A DNA stretch of 63,614 bases, counting the filler, from Octopus bimaculoides (taxonomy: Eukaryota), in NCBI RefSeq assembly GCF_001194135.2. It is 7 parts of 6 records of this genome, joined end to end, with 100 filler letters (N's around TTAATTAATTAA, not from the genome) between each part and the next. Parts side by side here need not be neighbours in the genome. Positions count along the whole stretch, not along the records: positions 15,766 to 33,334 come from NC_068983.1; positions 33,435 to 50,783 come from NC_068983.1; 5 more parts are not named here. One strand, 5' to 3'. Positions within the stretch are counted from its first letter, which is position 1. Each line of letters begins with the position of its first letter. Shown here piece by piece: positions 23,730-35,689 of the stretch. The translations under genes and the position numbers were made by a program. A model generated the notes under the pieces. It did not search any database. It was given only the letters and a program-made list of their open reading frames with translations, and was not told the DNA's origin.

Positions 23730-24568
23730 TTCAAATGGGTCGCATTTTCCACATTCTTTACGCATCTACCATTATTGGTAGATATGAGAAAGCAGCGGCT
23801 TCTTGACGATACCACCTCTTTATCAACTCATGCGAAGAATTGTACTGTCGCTCCTGTGAGTCCCTTTTTCTTCGTTACCATCTCAGGTATTAAGCATTGC
23901 TCGCTTCTTTTCCGGAGCTTATTGACTTGTCGTGCAAACCAACCGAGCCTGTTCCCTCAACGAGACATTACATCTCCACGAGGGGACCTCTTATTTTTTC
24001 CCGTCCACGGTGGTTGGCACCGGACAAGCTCATAGCAGTTCGGGCTGAATTTGAACATATGCTCCAGTTTGATCTTATTCGGCCATCTACGACCCCCTAG
24101 GCGGCTCCTTTACACATGGCGAAAAAAGGCACTACTGACTTTCGACCTGTTGGTGACTTCGGGCGCCTCAATGCTGTCACTACCCATGACAGATATCTTT
24201 TATCTTATCTGCAGGACTTTTCATCTGCTCTACATTTATGCAACGCCTGACTTGGTACGCGCTTACTACCAGATACCAGTGAACCCAGAAGACATCCCGA
24301 AAACAGTTGTGGCCACCCCATTTGGCTCGTTCGAGTTTTTATCCATGCCATTTGGACTGCGAGATGCCGCCAGCACTTTCCAGCGGTTTATTGACGAAGT
24401 CGTACGTGGTTTGGATTTCGTTTTTGTTTACGTGGACGACCTCCTCATTGCCAGTGACACAGTTGAACATCATCATCAACACCTATCTCAGTTGTTCCAG
24501 CGTCTCAGGTCGTACAATGTCAAGGTCAACCCTGCTAAGTATGTGTTTGGTACAACTTCATTGGAATT
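23730..24568 (+). pseudogene. Ty3/gypsy pol fragment (end of protease region plus RT), frameshifted
   Basis: LLVDMRKQRLLD; RHYISTRGPLIFSRPRWLAPDKL..RAEFEHML; DLVRAYYQIPV.PEDIPKT...TPFG.FEFLSMPFGLRDAASTFQR; VYVDDLLIAS; VNPAK.VFG. Confidence 0.92.
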
Positions 24569-24569
24569 G

Positions 24570-25165
24570 TACTAATTGTGGTTCTTAGGCCTAGTTGGCT
24601 AAATATTTTGCATATTTTTTTCCCTTATTCTATCCATATCATGTCCGTTTTTATTGTATACAATACTCCCAGGCCATCGTCCCAGTATAAACCTATGTGA
24701 GCTTCTTTTATTTCTTTTTTAAGAGCATCTAGGATATAAAGGCCTACAACGTCAGCTAACTCTGCACCGTCATAGCTCCTCATTGCTACGTCAAACAACT
24801 CGCCTCCATTCTTTTTTACCCAGTAGGAATTATCACGAAAGAGTAATGAATTCCCTGCGTTCATAATTATGTCTATATCGGTATTTGATATAGTGACGTA
24901 TGTTTTTCTAAATTCAAGTACCTTCTGAAGCAAGCTTTTGGAGATCGTGGGGTAGAACTCTACGATGTCGAATTGTATGAATTTGCATTTGAGCTTATCT
25001 TCTATTTTCGTAAACCATTCAATAGTTGCACCACTGTATATCCATTGGGTAAGATTTGTGCGTGCTCTGACATGTCGTATAATATTATCTAACATAGATT
25101 TACTAATAATTCTTATTTCACTTTTTGTGGGATTTATTAATCTACAGCTAGGATTTTGCGTAAAA
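24570..25165 (-). pseudogene. Penelope-like element reverse transcriptase fragment
   Basis: CRLINPTKSEI..ISKSMLD; QFDIVEFYPTI; FDVAMRSYDGAELADVVGLYIL; GLYWDDGL (YRDDG type); after a frameshift IRKKICKIFSQLGLRTTI. Confidence 0.9.
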
Positions 25166-28100
25166 AGTTCAAAGCAGCTATAGGGATATAACTGGTCGAA
25201 ACTTCGAAGTCCCTGCCAACACCATTCTCACCAGCCTTTTAACGAATTTACAAGGCAGAGAACAGCATTTTTAGACAGTCACCGTCATGTCCAAGTGAAA
25301 ATTGAAAAAGGTAGTGAGGCCTTGACCGAAGAGGAAAGTGTCTGTGTTCAAGTCTTTTAAGTTTCGTCTACCACACAACTACTTTCACCATAACTAGTCA
25401 ACAGAAGAAAATTGCTCCTCCTTCTCGGTAAAAAATAAGGCAGGAAAAAAAATTACAGGATGAACTTGGCCGTTAGCTCAGTCCGTCCGAATCGAGACTT
25501 CAATTATTCGACATCACAAATCAGTAATGCTCGACACCGAAACACAAAAAAAAAAAAAGCATAAATTACATACGAAACGGTATCCTCACTCGGTGCTCAC
25601 TTCGGCACTTCCGTGATTTGTAGGATTTGACTTGAATAGGGAATTTCTATTGCTAACATTGACAAACCAGAGATTTCTGGAAATTAGCCATTGTTATTGA
25701 GCCGACAGCTCTCGGGAACACCTAAATTCATCTTTCTAAAAATAGCAAAAAATGAAAGAAATTATGCTGTAAGGTATCCAGTAATTATAACCAATACTAC
25801 CTCTTATTAATGACATTTTATTATCCACATGTTGTTGGCACTCCGTCACTTACGACGTCACTTACTATGTCACTTACTATGCCAAGGGCATAGCCAGGTT
25901 CTAAATTTATTGGGGAGCGAGCACATAAAAAAGGCGCCGTTACACATACCAAACTATTTTTAGCTCATTTTTCTTTTATTGTTTGAAATATTTCATTAAT
26001 TATAATATATGCAATTGTATTCTACATTCATTAATTTCATGTTCTAATAACATTGTCATTATGTGTGAAACTTACTACTACTGATATCGGTGAGACGTGA
26101 AAAAGATGAAACTCCAGTGTTGCTCAGTGTCGAGAAGTTACGACGTCAAGGTTTGTTTGGTTTGGATGAAAGCCACCACCAACACATCACAGGAAATTGA
26201 GTGACTCCAGAAAGTTCTTACAAGGCCAAGCGATTAACCAAAAAATATGACAACGTAGAAGCTGTCTCCTCCCACACTCTCTCGCTTTAATTAGCTCAAT
26301 TTCTTTTCTCTGCAACATTACCATATCTCTCTCTATATATATATTACTATGAGATCGTGTACACACACACACAGGCCGAAATTAACTCTTTACCTTGCAT
26401 GCTTTACGAACTGAGTCATACTGTTATACTAGCCTACCGGACGTTCCACCATAACAGGCATCGATCACAATTGGTGACCCCAATTGTAAAATTAACGAAT
26501 TGCAGCCTTCACGTGAAGGCTGTTCGCATGAACAGTTGTCACATCCATCGATTACACTAATGCTACATGCCGCTGTATTTTGCTGACTTCGAACTAAAGA
26601 ACTACAGTCTTCATATCAACAGTCGCTAAACCAGAGTTAAAGAATGACAACCTTTGTTACCACCAAGATGCACCTTCGTTCCACTTGTTACAGTACGCGT
26701 AACAGAAGGCACTATACTGCGATGCAATCTACGATGCACTTCACTACAATGCAACACTGCCGACGCACAAGGAATTCGCCCACCATGGAAGGCAATAAAT
26801 GTATCATTTCGAAAGCTACATCCGCAGAAACCAACTGGAAGAAAGCGCGGAAGCCTGCACATGCAACCTTTTCGGCACACACATGCTTTCCGTCTCGTCC
26901 CAACGTACAAACCCTGCATTGTCTACGAACTTTTGCATATATCTAAGACTCTCACATAGACTTTCAACAACTTTTTTTCTTTGCATGCACATCTTTTCAC
27001 TTTCAGCACTAGACTTTTAACAAAGGACACTATTTTCAGCTAAGTTTGTCATTTTTGCTTATTTTATTCTGTTCTGTTTGCAAAGTGTCCTTTGTTGCAG
27101 ACAAGATGGTAATAACTTCCTCGAAATTTTAGCCTATGGCTGACACCTGCCATCGTGCTTCAGTTTCAGGGGGCACATCTTTATTTTTTATTTTTGTAAC
27201 CCGACGACCTAGGTACGTAGGAATCATTATGATTTCTTCGCACTCTAGTGACTGTGTTGAGTAAGTTTTTGTTTGCTCTTCTGTGTCAAACCTGACTTCA
27301 ACTGTGGAAAATCTTTTATTTCAAGGGAAAAGATCCCATTACACCGCACAACGTGTGGTGTTCACAATTCACAGCAGTAATTGTTTTCACCTCAATAGAC
27401 GTCAGTGATTGGTTGAAATTACCGAAATACGACAATTTTTTTACATGAAATAACTTCGAATACAAAATTTTTTATCTGTTCTATAACACAAAATATACAA
27501 GTATACGAAGTATGAAAGTGTTTCGGTACCAAAAACACTACATAAAACATTAATGAAAAGTGGTGCCCGTCAATTCAGAAAGATCCGGCAGGTAGATAGA
27601 TATATAGACAGACAGATGGATAGACAGAGAGATGGATTGGCAGACAGACAGACAGACAGATAGATAGATAGAAAAAGAATAGATGGATGGGTAGACAGAT
27701 TGATATAAAGAAGGAAAGAAAAAAGATAGATATGAATGGATGTTTGTGCCTGCGCGTGTAAATGCGTAAGTTTAAAGCTTCTGTTATCAGAGACGATTAT
27801 TATGCACGCGTAAGAGAGTAACGGTCAGCGTGAATAAAGCGAAACGATGTCAGTCACCAAGTATTGATATCACTAACTGAACCAATCAATAAAAGAAGTG
27901 CGTTTGCACAATTTTCATGTCAGCAATTGAGCTGCTAAGTCTCATGTCAACAGACTTTAAAATTTTCTCTCATATATTTACATTTCGCGTATTGAATTGC
28001 GTTGTCAGAAGTTTACTCTTGCCTAAATGAATACCTGTAGTTGTGATGGTGATGGTTTGTTGTTGTCATTGGTAGAGGAAGTAGCAGTAACCATTGTTGT

Positions 28101-28404
28101 AGTAACAGTATGGTAACACCTGAACTGTTGCTAGGTTCTGGATCTAGTTCATTGATTAGAGAAAATGGTGAATGGGTTGACCAATCTCGTAGCCCATAGA
28201 AGAGGTTAAAGTGTAGATTTAACTTCAGCAGTACCTTAGGCGTTAACTTTGGAAAAGAAAGAAAAATGGGGGACTGAGGAAAAATACCCAGAGACATGCT
28301 CTGCATGAAAACAAAATGGTATGGTCGGAGCTAGCATAAAAAGATGTACCGAGTAATTTCAAATAATTAAAATTGCACTCTAACGAGGAAAATATATCCT
28401 TTTT

Positions 28405-28590
28405 TACTCTAGGCACAAAGCCCGAAATTTTTGAGGAGGGGACCAGCCGATTAGATCGACCCCAGTACGCAACTGGTACTTAATTTATCGACCCCGAAAG
28501 GATGAAAGGCAAAGTCGACCTCGGCGGAATTTGAACTCAGAACGTAAAGACAGACAAAATACCGGTAAGCATTTCACCTAGCGTGCTAAC
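28405..28590 (-). mobile_element. SINE family A copy with TSD
   Basis: Family core on the minus strand; GAAAATATATC on both flanks. Confidence 0.85.
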
Positions 28591-29289
28591 GACACGATGA
28601 AAATATATCATGAGCGTATTGATCAGTTGTGGTCAAGGATGTTACGGAAGAAAAGCTTTTAATATTTTTTAGATTTTATCTATCCATCCATCTGAAGTGA
28701 GAATTATCAACAATCACCCGAATGTCGCGATTTGCTGGAATGTTACCCACATGATCAACGAATCTGGCCAATCACGACTTTATGTGGAATAGGCTCCAGT
28801 GACGATATCAACTTTTGGCGTCTTCCTTTCTGAGCCTCTTAATTGGTATAAAATTACATACACATGCGACTGAGATCCAAAAAAGAGCTTTGGGATGTAG
28901 CAGAGACAACAAGGACGGATGGCGAACAGACACGGGCAGCGACTGAACCTAACTAATATTATCATAGCGAAATATCAACAGCAACGCCACGACTAACGGT
29001 TAACTTTTAGAATGCTATTTCAACAACATCCAAACTCTCTCAACGTTTGTCCTATTACTATTTCAATAACATTCAAACTCTCTCAACAGAAATAAAGCTT
29101 GTTCGTAAAATCTTCAACAGATTTCGTCGTTTTCTTCTTCTATGTACCACTGTTGACCTCCAGCGCTGGAAATAACAACCAGTTCTCAATACCAGCAGTC
29201 ATATACAACTCCGAGAAGTTAGCAAATCAGCTCAAGCACGAGTGCTATCGACATCTATCAGCCATACATCCATCTTTTCCATCCACTCT

Positions 29290-29935
29290 TCCTCCATAGA
29301 GTCCTGTCAGAAGCAACTGTCATTACAATTTCCAGCTGGATTCCCGAGTGCGACTGAGTCTTTGGATGTTATCCAACTATCACGTTCTTGGTCTAGCACT
29401 AGGTCTCAGCTTGAAGAATCTTGACTCGGCTTGAAGAATCTTGACCCGGCTTGAAGAATCTTTCTTGCAATTCTTCCCTGCAATATGCGACATTCTAATC
29501 AAATGTGCATAGTACCGGAGCTGTGACCTCGCAAAGCGGAGACATAGCGGTTCGACCTGGAGAGACACTCCCTGTTATCTGAGCTATGAACCCTGTCGAG
29601 TAACGGTACTCGAGAGAACTTTCGGAGGAACCCCATTTCAGCCGCTTGCATTTGTGATCGTACACTTTCGGTCATTCACAATTTTCATAACCATAGTTGA
29701 GTGTTGGCAGGAAAACCGAATTGAAGATAGCAAGTTTGGCTGTTCTGCCAACCCTTCCTCTTCTGAGGATCGAATGTTGAAGTTGGTGCATCACTGCGCC
29801 AGCACCTTTAGTTCTAGCCTCAGATTCAGCCTCCTTTCTCTCACCACACTTAAATACGGCCACGAGATAGTTAAACGTCTCTCCACTTACCTCAGTGATA
29901 TTCCACTAACATGCAAAGAGCACTGGGAATATTGG
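29290..29935 (-). mobile_element. RTE-clade LINE 3' fragment
   Basis: CSLHVSGISLR*VETFNYL; AGAVMHQL..SI....VGRTAKLAIFNSVFLPTLNYG; VEPLCLRFARSQLRYYAHLIRM; LGIQLEIVMTVASDRTLWRK. Confidence 0.88.
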
Positions 29936-30037
29936 AAAATTTTTCTTGTGAGAAGTGCCATGGGAAGACTTTCTTTAAATTCTATCAAGCAGAAAATCGT
30001 AAACGAATACATACTTCTTTCAAAAGTAAACTGAAAG

Positions 30038-30539
30038 TTGCGTACTGGGGTCGATCTAATCGACTGGCCTCCTCCCTCAAAATTTCGGGCCTTGTGCCTA
30101 GAGTGGAAAAAGAATATCTGAGGCGGCGAGGTGGCAGAAACGTTAGCACGCCGGGCGAAATGCTTAGCGGTATTTCGTCTGCCGCTATGTTCTGAGTTCA
30201 AATTCCGCCGAGGTCGACTTTGCCTTTCATCCTTTCGGGGTCGATTAAATAAGTACCAGTTACGCACTGGGGTCGATATAATCAACTTAATGTCCTTGTT
30301 TGTCCCCTCTGTGTTTAGCCCCTTGTAGGTAATAAAGAAATAAGAAACGTTAGCACGCCGAGCGAAATGCTTAGCGGTATTTAGTCTTTCTTTACGTTCT
30401 GAGTTCAAATTCCGCCAAAGTCAACTTTGCCTTTTATCCTTTCGAGGGTCGATAAATTAAGTACCAGTGACTACTGGGGTTGATCTAATCAACTGGCCAC
30501 CTCCCCCCAAATTTTGGGCTTTGTGCCTTGAGTAGAAAA
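30038..30539 (+). mobile_element. Head-to-tail trimer of SINE family A inside one 16-bp TSD
   Basis: 3' fragment 30038-30115, full unit 30121-30340, unit 30345-30539. AAAAGTAAACTGAAAG at 30022-30037 and 30540-30555. Confidence 0.88.
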
Positions 30540-30694
30540 AAAAGTAAACTGAAAGAAAATGCTGTAAAAAGGAATAAAAAAGAAGTCAGTAAATAAATAA
30601 AATATAGGAATATGTACTCGCCACAATTATTTATCGCATCAGGGCACACTGGTGTTTTTTTTCTAAATTCTAATTAAATCTTGTTTAATTAAAA

Positions 30695-30830
30695 ATGAAT
30701 TTAAAATGGTATGTGGGGAATAAAATGGAGACTGATTTGGATAGTGATAATGAGACGACAGCTCGGGCCGTTTTAGACTTGTTAGACCACCTTCAGTACC
30801 ATATAATCTTGACCAGTATTACCACAGATG
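30695..30830 (+). mobile_element. Possible piggyBac-like transposase fragment
   Basis: NLKWYVGNK.......ETTARAVLDLLDHL resembles the piggyBac IYxGK...TxxVVxxL segment. Short and weak. Confidence 0.3.
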
Positions 30831-32611
30831 ACTATCTATCTACCTGTCTGTATGTCTGTCTGTCTGTATGTCTGTCTGACTACCTGCCTGCCTCTCTCTC
30901 TCTTTCTTTCTCTGTATGTGTGCGTGTGCGTGTGGATGCATGTAGTATGTCCGTCTCAATATGAACTCGGGAAACATTTTCTCTAATTAGAAAGATTTCA
31001 AAAAACAAAAATCAGCTCTTTCAAATTGATCGATGACGTCATGAAGAAACTAACCAATGACGCTTGCCAACTACACATCAAACTCATAGACCGATGTCAA
31101 AATGCTTTGAAGAGCCAACAATCTTTTTTTTTTCTTTCTGATAGTGCGACTGCGTCCCTGTTTATAAATTGGTTGACTGTTGCGTTTTCATGTTCCTTTT
31201 TATATTTCCTTATTCTTTATTTTTCATTTGCTAACTCCTTGTACATAAATATTCTTCGCCGACATATTTTCTGACTATTTATTTGAAATTATTCTCCCTT
31301 GACAAAGAGGTGAATATTTGTTACCGAAACAATTATGCAATTTGGAATAGATATTACTTCTTCCTAATACATTGTGTGTACGTGTGTGTGTGTGTGTGTG
31401 TGTATAAACAACTATGACGTATCACTGAAGGTGAAAATTAATGGATATTGGTCGGTGGTTTTGACACCATTGCTTTATGGTGCTGAATCTTGAACTTTTA
31501 TTTGAAACTTCGCCTTTGTTTTGGTGCACAGACCTAATTCATCAGACAGAACTTCAGGAAAAATTTTTGAAATTTTTTTGTTTATTTATTTATTTTGTCT
31601 GATGACTTACTTGTACTGGCGGAAAAATCACATTTTTAGAGAAAGGATTTGAAGAGATCCCATAAGCTAAATAATTCCATCCCGTCTGTTCCGAATAAAC
31701 TTGTATTATTCAACATAAAAACTTTGGCTTTTAAGGTTTTTCCACGAAATGTAACGTCACTTAAAATTTCGCCCTTAAAACGTAATTTTTTTTTCCTGAA
31801 ACACCAAGTGCAATTTTCGAAGTTGCTTTTAATCTAGGTCTCCCGATTTTTTTCCATGTATCTGTGTAAGTTATCGAGATATCACTGGCCATATCTAATT
31901 GTAACTTTACGTTTGTGTTATTAATTTTTACTTACACAAATTTCCTTTGAGACTCGTGCGTATTTCTTGTCACCGATAACATGTTACGTGATTTTTTTTT
32001 CTGTTGAACTGTTTTTTAGGTTTTGTTTTACAGTGTGATTTTTTATGATCTATCTTACCACACTTGGAGCATTTTATATTTTTAAACGGGCAGTTACTTT
32101 TAACGACATTAAGCACAAGATAAACACATTTCTATGTTAACAGCACTATGACCTAAAGCTGTCACACCTATATCAATACCTCTAATTATATAATTTTAGG
32201 TGTGTGACTAATGACCTCCACCTTCCCCAAACAAATCAGATCTCTTAAATATCACTAACACCAAGTAAAGAAATCTGTTGACCATCTGACTTTTCCACCT
32301 AGCTACATTCTTTTGTGAACCTTTAAAAACTCCGTGGCCTCAAAGCTCACTCACATAAATAAATACATCGAATCTGTTGAAATGCTGGACTGAGCTCTGA
32401 ACTATAACCTTCAGATTCCCGAAAATAAAAGGTTAAATTCTCCAATTAATATCCAAATACAACCAATTATTTTCGTTTCGCCAGCTTTGAGATATACTGC
32501 GTTTGTTTTTTAACACGATACGTTTTTAAAGGGTCTCGCTTAGACGAAATACTACAGCTTTGTAGCGTTTACTAACACATATACATTAAGTATATGGTAT
32601 TGCTTAATAAT

Positions 32612-32828
32612 CCTTCCTATTATAGGCACAAGGCCTGAAATTTGGGGGAGGGGACTAGTGGATTACATCGACCCCAGTGTTTCACTGGTATCTAATTTAT
32701 CGACCCGGAAAGGATGACAGGCAAAGTCGACCTCAGCGGAATTTGAACTCAGAACGTAGCGACGGGCAAAATACCGCTAAGCATTTCCTCTTGTGTGTTA
32801 ACGATTCTGCCAGCATGCCGCCCTCAGA
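32612..32828 (-). mobile_element. SINE family A full-length copy with 14-bp TSD
   Basis: TATTGCTTAATAAT at 32598-32611 and 32829-32842. Confidence 0.9.
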
Positions 32829-32964
32829 TATTGCTTAATAATGATGATTCACTCGCAGACTTATCTTTGAGTTCTTTATTCTAGGTGGCCGGACATAGCT
32901 TCTTTTCTAACTTATTACCCTCTGAAGTGTACGCGCGCGCGCACGCAACACACACACACACATA

Positions 32965-33330
32965 TCTACTACATAAGTGGAAAATTCTGTCTGTAGGTGT
33001 GTTTCATCGTTTATCCATTTTGATGAAACTTGACACGTGAGTAGAACTCATGTCTGGAAACCTCGTGGCATACTCAGATTGTTGAAAAAAAATCGATAAT
33101 AGGGCCCCTGGAAGTGATCCTTATATATATCTAATATATTTTATTTTATAAACCAAAGGAAATAACCCATTCACTTTCCTAAATAATTTGGTAAAAATGA
33201 AATTGAGTATGCTTATTTCTTAGTATTTGAACTGTTTGAGTTATTTTCGCAATTTATCTAGTACAACCCTGAAACAAGTAAATAGTATTTTCCTAAACAA
33301 TAGATCCACTTATTTCGGTTAGTGACTTAT
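32965..33330 (+). mobile_element. Possible non-autonomous Helitron 5' part
   Basis: Begins A|TCTACTACATAAG...TCTGTCTGT...CCATTTTGATGAAACTTG, typical of small Helitron-like repeats. Confidence 0.35.
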
Positions 33331-33434
33331 TCACNNNNNNNNNNNNNNNNNNNNNNNNNNNNNNNNNNNNNNNNNNNNTTAATTAATTAANNNNNNNNNN
33401 NNNNNNNNNNNNNNNNNNNNNNNNNNNNNNNNNN

Positions 33435-33465
<31 letters not shown>

Positions 33466-33499
33466 GAGAGAGAGATAGAGAGAGAGAAAGATAGACAGT

Positions 33500-33560
<61 letters not shown>

Positions 33561-33677
33561 GAAATTTGACCTTTAAAATGCCATTTATAGACTTGACATA
33601 TATATTCACAGCTCGTGCTTGTCATCTTATTTGAAACGAGTGCTGTCAGTAACTTTAATGTGACGAGTATCATTAAG

Positions 33678-33880
33678 GCAGTGAGCTGGCAGAATCGTTA
33701 GCACGCCGGACAAAATGCTTCAAGGCATTTCGCTAGTCTTTACGTTCAGAGTTCAAATTCGCCGAGGTCGACTTTGTCTTTCATCCTTTCAAGGTCGATA
33801 AAATAAGTAGCAGTTGAGTACTGGGGTCGATGTAATCGACTTGCCTGAAGCTGCTAGCTTTTTGCCCAAATTCGAAGCCT
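33678..33880 (+). mobile_element. SINE family A copy
   Basis: GAGCTGGCAGAATCGTTAGCACGCCGG...GTCGACTTTG.CTTTCATCCTTTC. Confidence 0.85.
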
Positions 33881-33941
33881 ATATAACGAGGAACATATTC
33901 CGTAACATTCATGCGTTGCTCGACAACATTAGTTAGCACAC

Positions 33942-34105
33942 CGTAGGGAGTAGAATATTAAACGATTCGAAGAGGGTTGTTTTTGAGGGAAAGTTGAAAA
34001 CTTAATGAGAGAAATTAACGAGAGACCGATATGGTTTCTCGTTAATTTCTCTCTTTTCCCTGAAGAAAGACTTTCTCCGAAACGTTAAATTTTCCACTCC
34101 CTATG
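33942..34105. repeat. 164-bp nested fold-back
   Basis: Outer arms 33942-33969 and 34078-34105 match at 23/28. Inner perfect 17-bp stem 34007-34023 with 34037-34053. Confidence 0.88.
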
Positions 34106-34210
34106 GCAAGTTCACAATACTTCTTTTATCGATTTCACTATATAAGCCTTTTCAAGCTCCAGCCACTCTGGAGTCTGTTTGATTGCGTGTATATATGTTA
34201 TCGTTTATCT

Positions 34211-34392
34211 CTTACCTATCACTGTCATTGGACTGCGGCCATGCTGGGGTACCGTCTTGAAGAACTGTTAGCCGAATGAATCGACTGTAGTACTAATTTT
34301 TTTCGGTCTTGTACTTATCCTATCGGTATCTTTTGCCGAATCGCAAAGTTACGGTTTTCAAGTGGGGACAAATACAGACAGAAGCACACACA

Positions 34393-34473
<81 letters not shown>

Positions 34474-34627
34474 GACGGGCTTCTTTCAGTTTCCATTTAC
34501 CAAAACTACTCACAAATCTTTGGTCGGCCCGCGGTTTTAGTATAAGGCACGTGCCCAAGGTGTCACGCAGTGGAACTGAACCCGGAACCGTGTGGTTGAG
34601 AAGCAAATTTCTTCGCACACAGCCATA
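34211..34627 (-). mobile_element. Composite SINE: C head, (TG)n, D tail
   Basis: Family C 34471-34627, microsatellite 34390-34470, family D 34211-34378, all in the same orientation. Confidence 0.75.
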
Positions 34628-34895
34628 CTTGCGCCTATTACAGACAATATATGGGCGTGTACACACATACACACACACAGCGTATATATATATGAATATG
34701 TCTATGTATTCACCTATATACATATATGTATATGCGTTTATGTGTGCATGTGTTTCAGTAATTTACTCTATTAAGTCAACACTTACATATATAACAACTT
34801 TGTACGGCCTTTAATTAATCTATAATTAATACGATGTAATAGTAATTAAGGTTTATAAACATTTACATGACAGTTGTCGTTGACATAGCAAGCGT

Positions 34896-34936
<41 letters not shown>

Positions 34937-35059
34937 CCGTCGCCATCGTCGTTTCTGTTCTTACCTTTTAATTCACCATTAATTCATAATGCATGTTTAT
35001 TTAGTTGCGTCTCCAATTTACATAAATTAACTTTATTTTCTGCTCATCTGTAATTAAGA

Positions 35060-35214
35060 GGAGGCGCAATGGCCCAGTAGTTAGGGCCAGCGGACTCGCG
35101 GTCATAGGATCGCGGTTTTGATTCCCAGACCCGGCGTTGTGAGTGTTTATTGAGCAAAACACCTAAAAGCTCCGCAAGGCTCCGCCAGGGGATGGTGGTG
35201 AACCCTGCTGTACT
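35060..35214 (+). mobile_element. SINE family B 5' part (runs into a gap)
   Basis: GAGGCGCAATGGCCCAGTAGTTAGGGC..CGGACTCGCGG head. Confidence 0.85.
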
Positions 35215-35689
35215 NNNNNNNNNNNNNNNNNNNNNNNNNNNNNNNNNNNNNNNNNNNNNNNNNNNNNNNNNNNNNNNNNNNNNNNNNNNNNNNNNNNNNN
35301 NNNNNNNNNNNNNNNNNNNNNNNNNNNNNNNNNNNNNNNNNNNNNNNNNNNNNNNNNNNNNNNNNNNNNNNNNNNNNNNNNNNNNNNNNNNNNNNNNNNN
35401 NNNNNNNNNNNNNNNNNNNNNNNNNNNNNNNNNNNNNNNNNNNNNNNNNNNNNNNNNNNNNNNNNNNNNNNNNNNNNNNNNNNNNNNNNNNNNNNNNNNN
35501 NNNNNNNNNNNNNNNNNNNNNNNNNNNNNNNNNNNNNNNNNNNNNNNNNNNNNNNNNNNNNNNNNNNNNNNNNTCTTTCTTGTTTTTGTTTCTATTTGCC
35601 TTCCATGTTTTTGTTTCTATTTGCCTTATATGACATTGCACAGCAATATTTATGGAAGACCATTCTTTATAAAAGTAATATGCTTTTTG

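Noticed and set aside
29410-29465. 20-bp tandem duplication in the RTE fragment (similar short duplications at 4037-4075, 25858-25882 and 54702-54742)
   Set aside because: Ordinary slippage duplications within dead elements.
30985-31105. Protein-like frame KLIDDVMKKLTNDACQLHIKLIDRCQNALK
   Set aside because: No recognisable domain and no convincing splice sites; too short to support a call.
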